DNA from: an uncultured PS1 clade bacterium
GTDB lineage: Bacteria; Pseudomonadota; Alphaproteobacteria; MED-G09
Length of the DNA: 64,000 nt
Assembly: GCA_902533755.1 (NCBI GenBank)
Contig: CACANC010000003.1
Coordinates: 2,748 to 66,747, forward strand
Direction: 5' to 3'
Below, piece by piece: positions 28,956 to 41,554 of the stretch. The stretch's first letter is position 1, and each line of letters opens with the position of its first letter. Both the position numbers and the translations under genes were made by a program. Below the pieces are notes generated by a model. The model did not search any database. It was not told the origin of the DNA and saw nothing but the letters and a program-made list of their open reading frames with translations.

Positions 28956-29585
28956 ATGGAAAAGTTTAGTAAAATAAAAGGTATCGCTGCACCAATGCTT
29001 TCTTCTGATGGTAATCAATTTTCAATGATGATTAATATTGATACAGATATGATTATCCCCAAACAATTTTTAAAAACAATTAAAAGAACTGGTCTTGGTA
29101 AAAGCTTATTCCATGAAATGCGATATGATTTTGAAGGTAATGAAATTGAGGGTTTTATATTGAATAAGGATATTTATAGAGACTCAAAGATTATTCTTGC
29201 AGGAAATAACTTTGGATGCGGTTCCAGCCGTGAACATGCTCCATGGGCCCTACTTGATTTTGGTATTAGAGTAATTATTGCACCTTCTTTTGCTGATATT
29301 TTCTATAATAATTGCTTCAAAAATGGCATTTTACCTATTCAACTTTCAGAAAAGTTAATCAAGGAGATAAGTGAATCTGCTTTAAAGGGAAATGAATTGC
29401 AGGTCTCACTAAGCGATCAAATAATAAATTGTGATAACAAAGAATTTAGTTTTGAAATAGATCCATCAAATAAAAATTTTTTGATGGAAGGTCTTGATGA
29501 TATCGGTTTGACTCTTAAAGATATAAATTTAATTGATAGCTACGAAAAGGATGCTGATAATAATTTACCTTGGTATACTTTATAA
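28956..29585 (+). CDS. leuD: 3-isopropylmalate dehydratase small subunit
   Basis: Starts MEKFSKIKG one nt after the leuC stop. Motif GNNFGCGSSREHAPWAL. Confidence 0.92.
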   Translation: MEKFSKIKGIAAPMLSSDGNQFSMMINIDTDMIIPKQFLKTIKRTGLGKSLFHEMRYDFEGNEIEGFILNKDIYRDSKIILAGNNFGCGSSREHAPWALLDFGIRVIIAPSFADIFYNNCFKNGILPIQLSEKLIKEISESALKGNELQVSLSDQIINCDNKEFSFEIDPSNKNFLMEGLDDIGLTLKDINLIDSYEKDADNNLPWYTL

Positions 29586-29597
29586 AGGAAATCACTA

Positions 29598-30704
29598 ATG
29601 ACTAATAAAATTCTAATTTTGCCTGGTGATGGTATTGGCCAAGAGGTAATGATTGAGGTTGAAAAGATCATTGATTGGTTTAATTCTAACAAAGACTTTA
29701 ATGCTGAAATCGAATATGGCCTTGTTGGCGGAGCGTCATATGATGCTGATGGTGTAGCAATTAGTGATGCTACAATGCAACTTGCTCAAAAATCTGATGC
29801 TGTTTTATTTGGTGCAGTCGGTGGACCAAAATGGGATGATGTTGCTTATGAACATAGACCTGAAGCTGGTTTATTGCAATTAAGAAAGGAGCTCGATCTT
29901 TTTGCTAATTTAAGACCAGCAATATGCTTTTCTTCACTTTCAGATTCTTCATCATTAAAAAAAGAAATTGTTGAGGATCTCGATATTCTAATTGTTAGAG
30001 AACTTACAGGAGGTGTTTATTTTGGAGAACCTCGTGGTATAGAGGAATTAGAGAACGGAAATAGAAGAGGTACTAATACTCAGGTATATGAAACTTGGGA
30101 AATTCAAAGGATTGCTGAAGTAGCATTTGAGTTGGCTAGAAAGAGAAAAAATAAAGTCACTTCGTCTGAAAAAAGAAATGTCATGGAATCAGGATTGCTT
30201 TGGTACGAAGAAGTAAAAAAAATTCATCAAGAAAAATATAATGATGTTGAATTAGATCATATGCTTGCAGATAATTGTGGAATGCAATTAGTAAGGTGGC
30301 CAAAACAGTTTGATGTGATTGTTACAGATAATCTTTTTGGTGACATGTTATCTGATGTTGCTGCAATGTTAACTGGCTCTCTTGGTATGCTTCCGTCTGC
30401 TTCACTTGGTAAAGCTGTTAATGGATTATTTGAATCAGCCCTATATGAGCCTGTTCATGGTTCTGCGCCAGATATCTCCGGTCAAGGAATTGCAAATCCT
30501 TTAGCATCTATTTTATCCTTCGCAATGGCGTTAAAGTATAGTTTTGGCAGAAATGAAGATTCAAAATTACTTGAGGATTCTATATCAAAAGTTTTAGATG
30601 ATGGATCAAGAACAAAAGATATCGCTGATGATGGAGACTTTATTTCAACTAGCGAAATGGGTAATAAAGTAATTGAAAATCTTGAATTACTTAATAAGGA
30701 ATAA
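29598..30704 (+). CDS. leuB: 3-isopropylmalate dehydrogenase
   Basis: [29 protein letters not shown] and [14 protein letters not shown]. Confidence 0.95.
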   Translation: MTNKILILPGDGIGQEVMIEVEKIIDWFNSNKDFNAEIEYGLVGGASYDADGVAISDATMQLAQKSDAVLFGAVGGPKWDDVAYEHRPEAGLLQLRKELDLFANLRPAICFSSLSDSSSLKKEIVEDLDILIVRELTGGVYFGEPRGIEELENGNRRGTNTQVYETWEIQRIAEVAFELARKRKNKVTSSEKRNVMESGLLWYEEVKKIHQEKYNDVELDHMLADNCGMQLVRWPKQFDVIVTDNLFGDMLSDVAAMLTGSLGMLPSASLGKAVNGLFESALYEPVHGSAPDISGQGIANPLASILSFAMALKYSFGRNEDSKLLEDSISKVLDDGSRTKDIADDGDFISTSEMGNKVIENLELLNKE

Positions 30705-30707
30705 GAA

Positions 30708-31718
30708 ATGGGTTTAAGGGTTGCAATAGTTGGGGCTACTGGAAATGTCGGAAGAGAAATGCTCGACATTCTTGATGAAAGAAAATTTCCTGTTGATGAA
30801 GTTTTTGCTTTAGCTTCAAGTCGTAGTAAAGGAAATGCTGTTCAGTTTGGCAATAAAGAGTTAACAGTAGAAGATCTTAGTGAGTTTGATTTTTCAAAAG
30901 CAGATATTGCCTTATTCTCTGCAGGAGGTAAAATTTCAGGAGAATTTGCACCAAAAGCTGCTGAAAAAAATTGTATAGTTATTGATAACTCCTCGAGATT
31001 TCGAATGGACCCTGATATACCACTGATTGTTCCAGAGGTTAATAAAGAAGATCTCGATAATTATGAGAAGACAAAAATAATAGCAAATCCTAATTGTTCT
31101 ACTATACAAATGGTTGTGGCGTTGAAACCTCTTCATGATTTAGGAAAGATAAAAAGAGTGATTGTTTCTTCCTATCAATCCACTTCAGGTGCTGGGAAAG
31201 CAGCAATGGATGAATTATTTGAGCAAACTAAGGGAATTTATTCAAATAATTCAATAGAGCCAGAGATATTCCAGACACAAATTTCTTTTAATGTGATACC
31301 ACAAATTGGCCCTTTTGTTTCTTCAGGATATACGGAAGAGGAAGAAAAGATGATCAATGAAACAAAGAAAATATTAAGTAAAGATATTGAGGTTTCTGCT
31401 ACATGTGTAAGAGTGCCGACTTTTATTGGGCATGCGGAGTCAGTGAATGTAGAATTTGAGAATTATATATCCGCAGAGGAAGCTTCTAATGTTTTATCAG
31501 AAGCGCCAGGTTGTCTAGTGGATTTAGATAATCCTGAAACCTTTACAACACCAATTGATTGTGCGGGTAATGATCATACCTATATTTCAAGAATTAGAAA
31601 CGACAATTCAATAGAAAATGGTTTAAATCTATGGGTTGTTTCTGATAATTTGAGAAAAGGCGCAGCCTTAAACTCAATTCAAATTGCTGAGGTATTGTTA
31701 TCAGAATATCTAAATTAG
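30708..31718 (+). CDS. asd: aspartate-semialdehyde dehydrogenase
   Basis: VAIVGATGNVGRE, active-site motif NPNCSTIQMV, and VSDNLRKGAALN. Confidence 0.95.
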   Translation: MGLRVAIVGATGNVGREMLDILDERKFPVDEVFALASSRSKGNAVQFGNKELTVEDLSEFDFSKADIALFSAGGKISGEFAPKAAEKNCIVIDNSSRFRMDPDIPLIVPEVNKEDLDNYEKTKIIANPNCSTIQMVVALKPLHDLGKIKRVIVSSYQSTSGAGKAAMDELFEQTKGIYSNNSIEPEIFQTQISFNVIPQIGPFVSSGYTEEEEKMINETKKILSKDIEVSATCVRVPTFIGHAESVNVEFENYISAEEASNVLSEAPGCLVDLDNPETFTTPIDCAGNDHTYISRIRNDNSIENGLNLWVVSDNLRKGAALNSIQIAEVLLSEYLN

Positions 31719-32413
31719 ATTTTCATTTGCATTAATATTCCCTGAGAGTCTATTGTTGGCTCTAAAGGGATATTTAAGTTTTTACCTTTTAAAGTTCTTT
31801 TTGCAGACCAAAATAATGCACATGCATCCAAGAAATCATCTGAATTATAATTTCTTTTTTTTTCTTGAAGAAACTCTTTAATAAAATTTGATTCAAAACC
31901 ATTATTAATTAATATTTTATACCTTTCATCAATTCCTCTTTTTTCTTTTTTTTTGAATTCTAAAAAGCCATTATTCATTTCTTGGAAAATTAATTCAGGG
32001 TGGGACTCATATATTTTTGTTTTCTTTTTTGATTTTAATATTAAATCTAATTCCTTTATTTTGGGAACTAAATTCCAGCTTTGCTTTGATAAACCAAGTC
32101 CATATTTTTTATTTAACTTATTTGCTTCATCATAGCTATTGGCTTTTAGAGTTAACCTTGATGGTGCATTAAAAATACTAGATTTTCTTCTTATTAATTT
32201 CTTTCTTGCTAATTGGTCAACTTTTCTGCCTCCTTTTTTATTGAACATATCGAGGCCAACAGGCATATCAATCAGAACTAAATCTATTTTATCATTAATT
32301 AATTGGGTTAATGTCTTAGCAAAAAAAAATTTAGGGTTTTTTAAATTATTTATGTGTGCGCTTATGCAAACCCAACCACATTTAGCTCCGTCAATACCTG
32401 CTATATAATTCAT
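31715..32413 (-). CDS. DUF429-family protein (predicted RNase-H-fold enzyme)
   Basis: GIDGAKCGWVCIS, LIDMPVGL, HPELIFQEM and DDFLDACALFWSA match my memory of DUF429. The assignment is unverified. Its stop overlaps the asd stop by 4 nt (convergent). Confidence 0.6.
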   Translation of the reverse strand: MNYIAGIDGAKCGWVCISAHINNLKNPKFFFAKTLTQLINDKIDLVLIDMPVGLDMFNKKGGRKVDQLARKKLIRRKSSIFNAPSRLTLKANSYDEANKLNKKYGLGLSKQSWNLVPKIKELDLILKSKKKTKIYESHPELIFQEMNNGFLEFKKKEKRGIDERYKILINNGFESNFIKEFLQEKKRNYNSDDFLDACALFWSAKRTLKGKNLNIPLEPTIDSQGILMQMKI

Positions 32414-32489
32414 TAGTTACTTTATTAACTTGTTAAAATTCTGTATACACTAACGTTACTATAGCAATTTTAAAAAGGAATTTTGTTTT

Positions 32490-32879
32490 ATGACTGATAT
32501 TGAGGAAAGCACTAAAAATAGACCTTTGTCGCCTCATTTACAAATATACAGACCAACTATTTCAATGATTATGTCTGTTGTACACAGGTTAACTGGTTTG
32601 GCCCTTTATGCAGGAGTTAGCTTTCTTTTTTTTTGGTTTATGTCAATTTTGTTGGGTCAAAATATTTATCTAATTTTCAGAGATATAATGCAAAGTTTTA
32701 TTGTTCAAATCATTTTCTTCTTTTTTACATGGGCATTTTTTCATCACATGTTTGGAGGAATTAGACATTTTATATGGGATTTAGGATTAGGTTTTAGTTT
32801 AAAAAGTGTTGATATTTTGTCCTCACTTACCTTAATACTATCATTTTTATCAACAGTTTTACTCTTTTTTATTACCTAA
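32490..32879 (+). CDS. sdhC: succinate dehydrogenase cytochrome b556 subunit
   Basis: NRPLSPHLQIYRP, three TM helices and a heme-ligand histidine context. Confidence 0.9.
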   Translation: MTDIEESTKNRPLSPHLQIYRPTISMIMSVVHRLTGLALYAGVSFLFFWFMSILLGQNIYLIFRDIMQSFIVQIIFFFFTWAFFHHMFGGIRHFIWDLGLGFSLKSVDILSSLTLILSFLSTVLLFFIT

Positions 32880-32887
32880 GTTAAGCT

Positions 32888-33235
32888 ATGAACACTAAGT
32901 CAAAAGGAACTAATCATTTTATTTTACAAAGATTAACAGCCATAATCAATCTAATGGTTGGTGTACCGGCTTTCTATTTCTTCCTTAGTTATTTTGATAG
33001 TGACTACTTAGAAATAAGAGAGTTAATGTCACGAGAATATATATGGATACCCATGGTTATCTATATACTTTCGCTATCATATCATATGAAAATAGGTATG
33101 GGGCATGTTCTTGACGACTATATTGATCATGTGTTAGCGAAAAAGTATCTATCTTTCCTCAACAATATATATGTTTATTTTGTTGCAGTAGCCTCATCAA
33201 TAGCCTTAATAATTTTGGGTTTATTCGTAAATTAA
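32888..33235 (+). CDS. sdhD: succinate dehydrogenase hydrophobic membrane anchor subunit
   Basis: 115 aa with three TM helices, positioned between sdhC and sdhA. Motif HF(I)LQRLTAI. Confidence 0.8.
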   Translation: MNTKSKGTNHFILQRLTAIINLMVGVPAFYFFLSYFDSDYLEIRELMSREYIWIPMVIYILSLSYHMKIGMGHVLDDYIDHVLAKKYLSFLNNIYVYFVAVASSIALIILGLFVN

Positions 33236-33361
33236 CATTATTAATATAATAAATAGTTTTTATAGTTTTTATTCTTGAAAATAATAAATGAAAAGTTATA
33301 TGTTCTATATTAAAATTGATTATATTATCGAACAATAAGATAAGTACTAGAAAGTATACTG

Positions 33362-35152
33362 ATGTCAAAATATGAATTTATAGATCACAAGTACGATGTG
33401 GTTGTAGTTGGTGCTGGAGGAGCAGGTCTTAGAGCTACACTAGGTTGTGCCCAAGCAGGCCTCAAGACAGCATGTATTTCAAAAGTATTTCCTACCAGAA
33501 GTCACACTGTAGCTGCTCAAGGAGGTATTTCAGCTGCTTTAGGTAATATGGGAGAAGATAATTGGCGTTGGCATATGTTTGATACAGTTAAAGGTGCTGA
33601 CTGGTTAGGCGATCAAGATGCTATTGAGTATTTATGTAAAAATTCACCCGAAGCAGTTTATGAACTTGAACACTTTGGTGTTCCTTTTTCCAGAACAGAA
33701 GAAGGAAAAATTTACCAGAGACCTTTTGGGGGTATGACAACGCAAAATGGAGAAGGTCCGCCTGCTCAAAGAACTTGTGCTGCTGCAGACAGAACGGGTC
33801 ATGCTATTCTTCATACCTTATATGGTAAATCAATAAGTGAATCTGCCGATTTTTTTATAGAATATTTTGCTATTGATTTAATAATGTCTGAATCTGGAAG
33901 ATGTGTTGGTATTGTTGCATTATGTATGGAAACAGGAGAATTACATAGATTTCATTCTTCACAAACTATACTAGCGACAGGAGGCTATGGCCGTGCATAT
34001 TTTTCTGCGACATCAGCCCATACATGCACAGGCGATGGTTCAGCAATGGTCTTACGAGCAGGATTACCTCTTCAAGATATGGAGTTTGTTCAATTCCATC
34101 CAACAGGCATTTATGGCGCAGGCTGTTTAATTACTGAAGGTTGTCGTGGAGAAGGAGGTTATCTTGTAAATTCAGAAGGTGAACGTTTTATGGAGAGGTA
34201 TGCCCCAAAAGCAAAAGATTTAGCCTCTAGAGATGTTGTATCGAGGGCGATGACAATAGAAATACGTGAAGGACGAGGTGTAGGTGCAGAAAAGGACCAT
34301 ATATTTCTTCATTTAGACCATATTGATGCTGATATACTTGCAGAGAGATTACCCGGTATATCAGAGTCAGCCAAAATTTTCTCCGGAGTTGATGTAACAA
34401 AGGAACCAATCCCTGTTCTACCCACAGTTCATTATAATATGGGTGGAATACCAACCAACTACATGGGTGAAGTTCTAAATCCAACTGAAGACGATGAGGA
34501 TAATACCGTGCCCGGTTTGATGGCAATCGGGGAGGCCGCTTGTGCATCTGTTCATGGCGCTAATCGATTAGGATCAAATTCATTAATTGATCTTGTTGTA
34601 TTTGGAAGATCTTCTTCATTGAGATGTTCAGAAATTGTTTCGCCTGGATTAATTCCTGAGGAACTTCCTAAAAATGCAGGCTTAAACTCCATAGAGCGGC
34701 TAGAAAAATTTAGATTATCTAAAGGTCCAAAACCTACATCAGAATTGCGTTCAAATATGCAAAGAACTATGCAAAACAATTGCGCTGTTTTTAGAACTGA
34801 TGAGGTTCTTCAGGAAGGAAGAGGATTAATTACAGGAGTCTATGATAGTTTATCGGATATAGGTATAAAGGACAGATCATTAATATGGAATACAGATCTA
34901 ATTGAAGCTCTTGAATTTGATAATATGATCGGACAAGCCATGGTAACAATGGCTGGTGCAGCTGAAAGGCAAGAAAGTAGAGGTAGCCATGCTAGAGAAG
35001 ATTTTCCTGATCGAGATGATGAAAATTGGATGAAGCACACTCTTGCTTGGTTAAGTGAAGATGGAAAAATTAAAATTGATTATAGAAGAGTTCATGAAAG
35101 AACTCTAACCAATGATGTAGCTTACATTCCACCAAAAGAAAGAGTTTATTGA
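33362..35152 (+). CDS. sdhA: succinate dehydrogenase flavoprotein subunit
   Basis: [23 protein letters not shown] (covalent-FAD histidine), HPTG and [11 protein letters not shown]. Confidence 0.97.
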   Translation: MSKYEFIDHKYDVVVVGAGGAGLRATLGCAQAGLKTACISKVFPTRSHTVAAQGGISAALGNMGEDNWRWHMFDTVKGADWLGDQDAIEYLCKNSPEAVYELEHFGVPFSRTEEGKIYQRPFGGMTTQNGEGPPAQRTCAAADRTGHAILHTLYGKSISESADFFIEYFAIDLIMSESGRCVGIVALCMETGELHRFHSSQTILATGGYGRAYFSATSAHTCTGDGSAMVLRAGLPLQDMEFVQFHPTGIYGAGCLITEGCRGEGGYLVNSEGERFMERYAPKAKDLASRDVVSRAMTIEIREGRGVGAEKDHIFLHLDHIDADILAERLPGISESAKIFSGVDVTKEPIPVLPTVHYNMGGIPTNYMGEVLNPTEDDEDNTVPGLMAIGEAACASVHGANRLGSNSLIDLVVFGRSSSLRCSEIVSPGLIPEELPKNAGLNSIERLEKFRLSKGPKPTSELRSNMQRTMQNNCAVFRTDEVLQEGRGLITGVYDSLSDIGIKDRSLIWNTDLIEALEFDNMIGQAMVTMAGAAERQESRGSHAREDFPDRDDENWMKHTLAWLSEDGKIKIDYRRVHERTLTNDVAYIPPKERVY

Positions 35153-35153
35153 T

Positions 35154-35930
35154 ATGGCAGAGCTAGTTTTACCTAAGAATTCTAGAATTAAGGAAGGAAA
35201 GCACCATCCTTTAAAATCTGATGTAAAAAATAAAAAAACTTTCAAAGTTTATAGGTGGGACCCAGAAAATACTGAAAACCCTAGGTATGACACCTATGAT
35301 ATTGACATTGATGAGTGTGGACCAATGGTTCTAGATGCTTTGATAAAGATTAAAGATGAAATTGACTCATCCCTGACATTTAGAAGGTCTTGTCGAGAGG
35401 GAATATGTGGATCATGTGCAATGAATATTGATGGTGTAAATACACTTGCATGTACGATGGCTATTGAAGATACAAAAAAAAGAGTTGGAATTAATCCTCT
35501 ACCTCATCAACCAGTTGTTAAAGATTTAGTACCTGATTTGACAAATTTTTATGCACAACATAAAAAAATAAAACCTTGGCTGAAGACAAAAGAAAAATCA
35601 TCTGATACTGAATTTCCTCAATCAAAAGAAGATAGAGAGAAAATTGATGGTTTATATGAATGCATAATGTGTGCCTGTTGTTCTACATCTTGTCCAAGTT
35701 ACTGGTGGAATTCAGATAAATATTTAGGTCCCGCAGCCTTACTACAAGCTTACAGATGGATTGTTGATAGTCGTGATGAAGAAAAAGAAGAAAGATTGGA
35801 TCAACTTGATGATGAATTTAAAGTATATAGCTGTAGAACAATTATGAATTGTTCTAAAGCTTGCCCCAAGGGTTTGTCTCCAGCAAAAGCCATAGCAGGT
35901 ATAAAAAAAGAACTAGCCACAAGAAAATAA
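35154..35930 (+). CDS. sdhB: succinate dehydrogenase iron-sulfur subunit
   Basis: [27 protein letters not shown] and [14 protein letters not shown]. Confidence 0.97.
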   Translation: MAELVLPKNSRIKEGKHHPLKSDVKNKKTFKVYRWDPENTENPRYDTYDIDIDECGPMVLDALIKIKDEIDSSLTFRRSCREGICGSCAMNIDGVNTLACTMAIEDTKKRVGINPLPHQPVVKDLVPDLTNFYAQHKKIKPWLKTKEKSSDTEFPQSKEDREKIDGLYECIMCACCSTSCPSYWWNSDKYLGPAALLQAYRWIVDSRDEEKEERLDQLDDEFKVYSCRTIMNCSKACPKGLSPAKAIAGIKKELATRK

Positions 35931-35959
35931 TTGATATTATATTTCTTTTTGGAGGTATA

Positions 35960-37036
35960 ATGCCAAATATCTTAACTTCATATAAAGACTTATTGGATAA
36001 AGATATTATTCAATTTGATGAAAATCAAAATGTAACAGTCCAATTATTAAGTAAATTATTTCATTCAGAGACAAATCTTTTAACCAAGATAAAAAAATTA
36101 ATATTTAAAGAAAGAGTTTCAAAAGGTATTTACCTCTGGGGAAATGCTGGATCAGGTAAGACAATGATAATGGACATCTGTTACGATTCATTAAAAACAA
36201 ATAGAAAAAAAAGAATTCATTTTCAAGAATTCATGATAGATATTCATGATAGCCTTCATTTAATTAGGAATAACAAAACAGATAAGCCACTAATAAAAGT
36301 TGCGGAAATAATTTCAAAAGAAATTGATTATTTATTTTTTGATGAGTTTCAAGTAAATGACATTGCTGATGCCTCTATCTTAGCAAGATTATTCAATTTG
36401 TTGTTCAACTCTAATGTCTTTATTTTTTCAACTTCAAATATCATGCCAAATAACCTTTATAAGGACGGGCTTCAAAGAGATAGATTTATACCTTTTATAA
36501 AACTAATAGAAAAAGATTGCATAAATATTGAGCTATCAACGAAAAAAGATTACCGAAAAAAAAGATTAAAAAATATTAATAATTACTTCTCAAGTCTTAA
36601 TGATAAAACAGAAAAAGAAATTGAAAAAATATTTTTTGATCTTACTAGAGGTGCAAATCTAGAAAAAAAATCTATCATAGTAAAAGGTAGAGAAATTACT
36701 GTAAGTAAACATGCAAAAGGTTGCGCGAGATTTAACTTTGATGACTTATGTGGTAAAGCTTATGGTTCGGAGGACTATATAAATATCGCTAAATCATTTG
36801 ATATTATATTTATTGAAAATATTCCAAAATTATCACCAGAAAAGAAGAATGAAGTAAAAAGATTTATCATGCTCATAGACGCGTTATATGATAATTCAAA
36901 AATAACTGTAATATCTGCAGCAGGAGAACCAGAAGATATTTATCAAAAAGGTGATTTAGAATTTGATTATAAAAGATGTGTCTCCAGGTTACATGAAATG
37001 CGTTCAAAAGAATATGTAGAATCCTATAAGAATTGA
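35960..37036 (+). CDS. zapE: AFG1/ZapE-family ATPase
   Basis: ATG 35960 is preceded by GGAGG; the track ORF from 35861 is an extension over sdhB. Walker A motif LWGNAGSGKTMIMD and Walker B motif LFFDEFQV. Confidence 0.85.
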   Translation: MPNILTSYKDLLDKDIIQFDENQNVTVQLLSKLFHSETNLLTKIKKLIFKERVSKGIYLWGNAGSGKTMIMDICYDSLKTNRKKRIHFQEFMIDIHDSLHLIRNNKTDKPLIKVAEIISKEIDYLFFDEFQVNDIADASILARLFNLLFNSNVFIFSTSNIMPNNLYKDGLQRDRFIPFIKLIEKDCINIELSTKKDYRKKRLKNINNYFSSLNDKTEKEIEKIFFDLTRGANLEKKSIIVKGREITVSKHAKGCARFNFDDLCGKAYGSEDYINIAKSFDIIFIENIPKLSPEKKNEVKRFIMLIDALYDNSKITVISAAGEPEDIYQKGDLEFDYKRCVSRLHEMRSKEYVESYKN

Positions 37037-37083
37037 TTGATCTTTTATTAAAAGAATAGTTTATACAATATATGAATTTTTAA

Positions 37084-38079
<996 letters not shown>

Positions 38080-38101
38080 ATAAATTTTAATAGGTTGAGA
38101 A

Positions 38102-39259
38102 ATGAATATTCATGAGTATCAAGCAAAAGCAATTTTAAAAAATTTTAATGTCCCAGTACCTAAAGGTGAGATTCTCCTCTCTAAAGATAATATTTTGGAA
38201 GCAGCCAAAAATGTATCTGATGATCTTTGGGTTGTGAAAGCACAAATTCATGCTGGTGGAAGAGGTAAAGGAGGAGGAGTTAAAATTGCGAAATCCTTAG
38301 AAGAGGTTGAAACCCTAGTTAATGAAATAATGGGGATGCAGTTGATTACTCATCAAACTGGACCCGAAGGTAAAAAAGTTAGAAGAGTTTATATAGAAGA
38401 AGGATCAAATATTTCAGAGGAATTGTATTTATCTCTTTTGGTAGACAGGCAGTCATCTCAAGTTAGTTTCATTGTATCAACTGAGGGGGGAGTTAATATA
38501 GAAGAGGTTGCAGAAGAAACCCCTGAGAAAATAACTACAGTTTCTATTGATCCAGATGCCGGTGTTACTGATGATGATATAGAAAATTTATCTTCAGCTT
38601 TGAATTTAGATGGTGATTTAAAAGCACAAGGATCAGATTTATTTAGAAGCCTTTATAAAGCTTTTGTTGATAGCGATATGAGTCTTCTTGAAATAAATCC
38701 TTTAGTTATTACAGGAGAGAATAAAATAATTTGTTTAGACGCAAAGGTTAATTTTGACTCTAATGCATTGTTTAGACATCCTGAATACCAAGAATTGATT
38801 GATCCTTCGGAAGAAGACGAGGCTGAATTAAAAGCATCAGAATTTGGTCTTAGTTATATTAAACTTGATGGCAATATAGGGTGTCTTGTTAATGGCGCAG
38901 GTTTAGCCATGGCAACAATGGATATCATTAAACTTTATGGAGCGGAACCTGCAAACTTTTTAGATGTAGGAGGTGCCGCGACAAAAGAATTAGTAACCGA
39001 AGCTTTTAAAATTATCCTATCGGATAAGAATGTTGAAGGAATTTTAGTTAATATTTTTGGAGGTATCATGAGATGTGATGTTGTTGCTGAAGGTATTATT
39101 AGCGCAGCTAACGAAATTAATATTTCTGTACCACTAGTAGTTAGGCTTGAGGGAACAAATGTAGAGCTTGGAAAAAAGATTATTGAAGAGTCTGATTTAT
39201 CAATTATTAGTGCTTCAGATCTTGATGATGCGTCGAAAAAGATAACAGAAGCTATATAG
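38102..39259 (+). CDS. sucC: succinyl-CoA ligase (ADP-forming) beta subunit
   Basis: [27 protein letters not shown] and [10 protein letters not shown]. Confidence 0.97.
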   Translation: MNIHEYQAKAILKNFNVPVPKGEILLSKDNILEAAKNVSDDLWVVKAQIHAGGRGKGGGVKIAKSLEEVETLVNEIMGMQLITHQTGPEGKKVRRVYIEEGSNISEELYLSLLVDRQSSQVSFIVSTEGGVNIEEVAEETPEKITTVSIDPDAGVTDDDIENLSSALNLDGDLKAQGSDLFRSLYKAFVDSDMSLLEINPLVITGENKIICLDAKVNFDSNALFRHPEYQELIDPSEEDEAELKASEFGLSYIKLDGNIGCLVNGAGLAMATMDIIKLYGAEPANFLDVGGAATKELVTEAFKIILSDKNVEGILVNIFGGIMRCDVVAEGIISAANEINISVPLVVRLEGTNVELGKKIIEESDLSIISASDLDDASKKITEAI

Positions 39260-39268
39260 GAAAATAAT

Positions 39269-40144
39269 ATGTCAGTTTTAATAGATAAAAATACCAAAGT
39301 TATTTGTCAGGGTATAACAGGTTCTCAGGGAACTTTTCATTCACAGCAGGCCATCGAATATGGAACTAAAATGGTAGGCGGTGTTAAACCTGGGGCTGGA
39401 GGAAGTAAACACCTTGATTTACCAGTATTTGATAATGTTAAAGACGCAGTTTCAGAAACCGGAGCAAATGCATCAGTTATTTATGTTCCTCCCCCTTTTG
39501 CGGGCGCTGCTATTCTCGAGGCTGTTGATGCGGAAATAGATCTTGTCGTAAGTATTACTGAAGGAATTCCTGTTTCTGATATGGTTAAAGTAAAAAAAGC
39601 TTTATCTGATTCAAAATCAAGGCTTATTGGGCCTAATTGCCCAGGTATTATTACACCTGATCAGTGTAAGATTGGTATTATGCCGGGTCATATCCATCAA
39701 AAAGGCACAGTTGGTATTGTCTCTCGCTCAGGTACATTAACTTATGAAGCTGTTGGTCAAACCACTGCATGTGGTTTAGGTCAATCAACTTGTATTGGTA
39801 TTGGTGGGGATCCTGTTAATGGCACCAATTTTATTGATTGTTTAGACTTATTTCTTTCAGATGATGAAACAGAGTCAATTATTATGATTGGTGAAATAGG
39901 AGGTACTGCTGAGGAAGAAGCTGCTGAGTTTTTAAAAAATTCAAAAATAAAGAAACCTATTGTAGGCTTTATAGCAGGCTTAACTGCACCACCCGGAAGA
40001 AGAATGGGTCATGCTGGTGCAATTATTTCTGGCGGTAAAGGGGGAGCTGATGATAAGATTGAAGCCCTGAAAGATGCAGGAGTTATAATTTCAAATTCGC
40101 CAGCAGGATTAGGTAAAACTTTATTAAGTGTATTAGGAAAATAA
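39269..40144 (+). CDS. sucD: succinyl-CoA ligase alpha subunit
   Basis: [33 protein letters not shown] and [12 protein letters not shown] (phosphohistidine). Confidence 0.97.
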   Translation: MSVLIDKNTKVICQGITGSQGTFHSQQAIEYGTKMVGGVKPGAGGSKHLDLPVFDNVKDAVSETGANASVIYVPPPFAGAAILEAVDAEIDLVVSITEGIPVSDMVKVKKALSDSKSRLIGPNCPGIITPDQCKIGIMPGHIHQKGTVGIVSRSGTLTYEAVGQTTACGLGQSTCIGIGGDPVNGTNFIDCLDLFLSDDETESIIMIGEIGGTAEEEAAEFLKNSKIKKPIVGFIAGLTAPPGRRMGHAGAIISGGKGGADDKIEALKDAGVIISNSPAGLGKTLLSVLGK

Positions 40145-40145
40145 T

Positions 40146-41549
40146 ATGACAGATAGTTATGATATTGCAGTTATTGGCTCAGGACCAGGTGGTTATGTTT
40201 GCGCTATAAGGGCTGCACAACTTGGTTTAAGTGTAATATGTATTGATAAAAGAGGAAGCCACGGAGGAACCTGCCTAAATGTTGGTTGTATTCCATCTAA
40301 AGCTTTACTTCATGCATCTGAGTTATTTATAGAAAAGAGTAAATTTTCCGCTATGGGGATTGAAGCTGATAATATTTCTTTAAACTTAAGTTCAATGATG
40401 ACTTATAAAGAAGAAGGAGTTCAAGGAAATGTTAAAGGAATAGATTTTCTCTTTAAAAAAAATAAGATTGAAAATATTTATGGCGAGGCGCAGATTATCG
40501 AAAATAATAAAATCTCAATCAATTTGAATGATGGCGATAATAAAGAGATTGAAGCTAAAAATATTGTTATTGCTACTGGATCAATTCCAACATCAATACC
40601 TGGTGTAGAAATTACTGGTAATAAAATTATTTCATCTACTGAAGCGCTTTCATTAAGTGAAGTACCTAATAAGTTAGTTGTTGTTGGAGGTGGGTATATC
40701 GGTCTTGAATTAGGCTCTGTTTGGTCAAGATTAGGATCTGAAGTTACAGTTATAGAATATTTAGATAGAATTACTCCTGGAATGGATAATGAAGTTTCAG
40801 CAGCTCTACAAAAAATATTAGCCAAGCAAGGATTAAGTTTTTCTTTAAATTCACAAGTAGTATCTGTGACTGAAACTGGTTCAAATGTCTCTATTGCAGT
40901 AAAAAATAGAGAAAATAATGAGGAAGAAAATATTGAGGCTGATTATGTTTTGGTTTCTACCGGTAGGAAGCCATATATAGAAAATTTATTTAGTGATGGA
41001 ATTGATATTGAAAAAACTGAAAATGGATTTATCAAAACTGACTCTCATTTAAGAACAAATTTAGACAGTATTTGGGCCATTGGTGATGTTGTAGAAGGAC
41101 CGATGCTTGCTCATAAAGCCGAAGAGGAAGGAATTGCTGTGGCTGAGCTTATCGCAGGTAAGCCAGGTCATGTTAATTATGATATAATTCCAAGTGTGAT
41201 TTATACTAATCCAGAGGTTGCATCAGTTGGTATGACTGAGGAACAGCTCAAAGAGAAATCGATCGACTATTCTATTGGAAAATTTCCTTTTATGGCCAAT
41301 GGAAGAGCAAAAGTTAATAATACAACCGAAGGATTTGTTAAAATTTTATCATCGACAGACACTGATCAAATTTTAGGTGTTCACATAATTGGCGACCAAG
41401 CAGGTAATATGATTGGTGAAGCTGCAGTAGCTATGGAATTTGAGGCCACATCAGAGGACCTTGCCAGAATATGTCATGCCCATCCTACTCTTTCAGAAGC
41501 CATAAAAGAGGCGGCATTATCTGTAGATGGTAGAGCATTGCATATGTAA
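40146..41549 (+). CDS. lpdA: dihydrolipoyl dehydrogenase (E3)
   Basis: VIGSGPGGY, redox disulfide motif GGTCLNVGCIPSK, and C-terminal HAHPTLSEA. Confidence 0.95.
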   Translation: MTDSYDIAVIGSGPGGYVCAIRAAQLGLSVICIDKRGSHGGTCLNVGCIPSKALLHASELFIEKSKFSAMGIEADNISLNLSSMMTYKEEGVQGNVKGIDFLFKKNKIENIYGEAQIIENNKISINLNDGDNKEIEAKNIVIATGSIPTSIPGVEITGNKIISSTEALSLSEVPNKLVVVGGGYIGLELGSVWSRLGSEVTVIEYLDRITPGMDNEVSAALQKILAKQGLSFSLNSQVVSVTETGSNVSIAVKNRENNEEENIEADYVLVSTGRKPYIENLFSDGIDIEKTENGFIKTDSHLRTNLDSIWAIGDVVEGPMLAHKAEEEGIAVAELIAGKPGHVNYDIIPSVIYTNPEVASVGMTEEQLKEKSIDYSIGKFPFMANGRAKVNNTTEGFVKILSSTDTDQILGVHIIGDQAGNMIGEAAVAMEFEATSEDLARICHAHPTLSEAIKEAALSVDGRALHM

Positions 41550-41554
41550 CAAGT

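Noticed and set aside
33159-33368. 69-aa minus-strand ORF (TTG start) spanning the sdhD-sdhA spacer, with a hydrophobic N-terminus
   Set aside because: It overlaps the 3' end of sdhD and the sdhA start, and has a TTG start with no SD. Its I/L/N/K-rich composition is what AT-rich DNA yields. I kept only the spacer itself as a low-interest observation.
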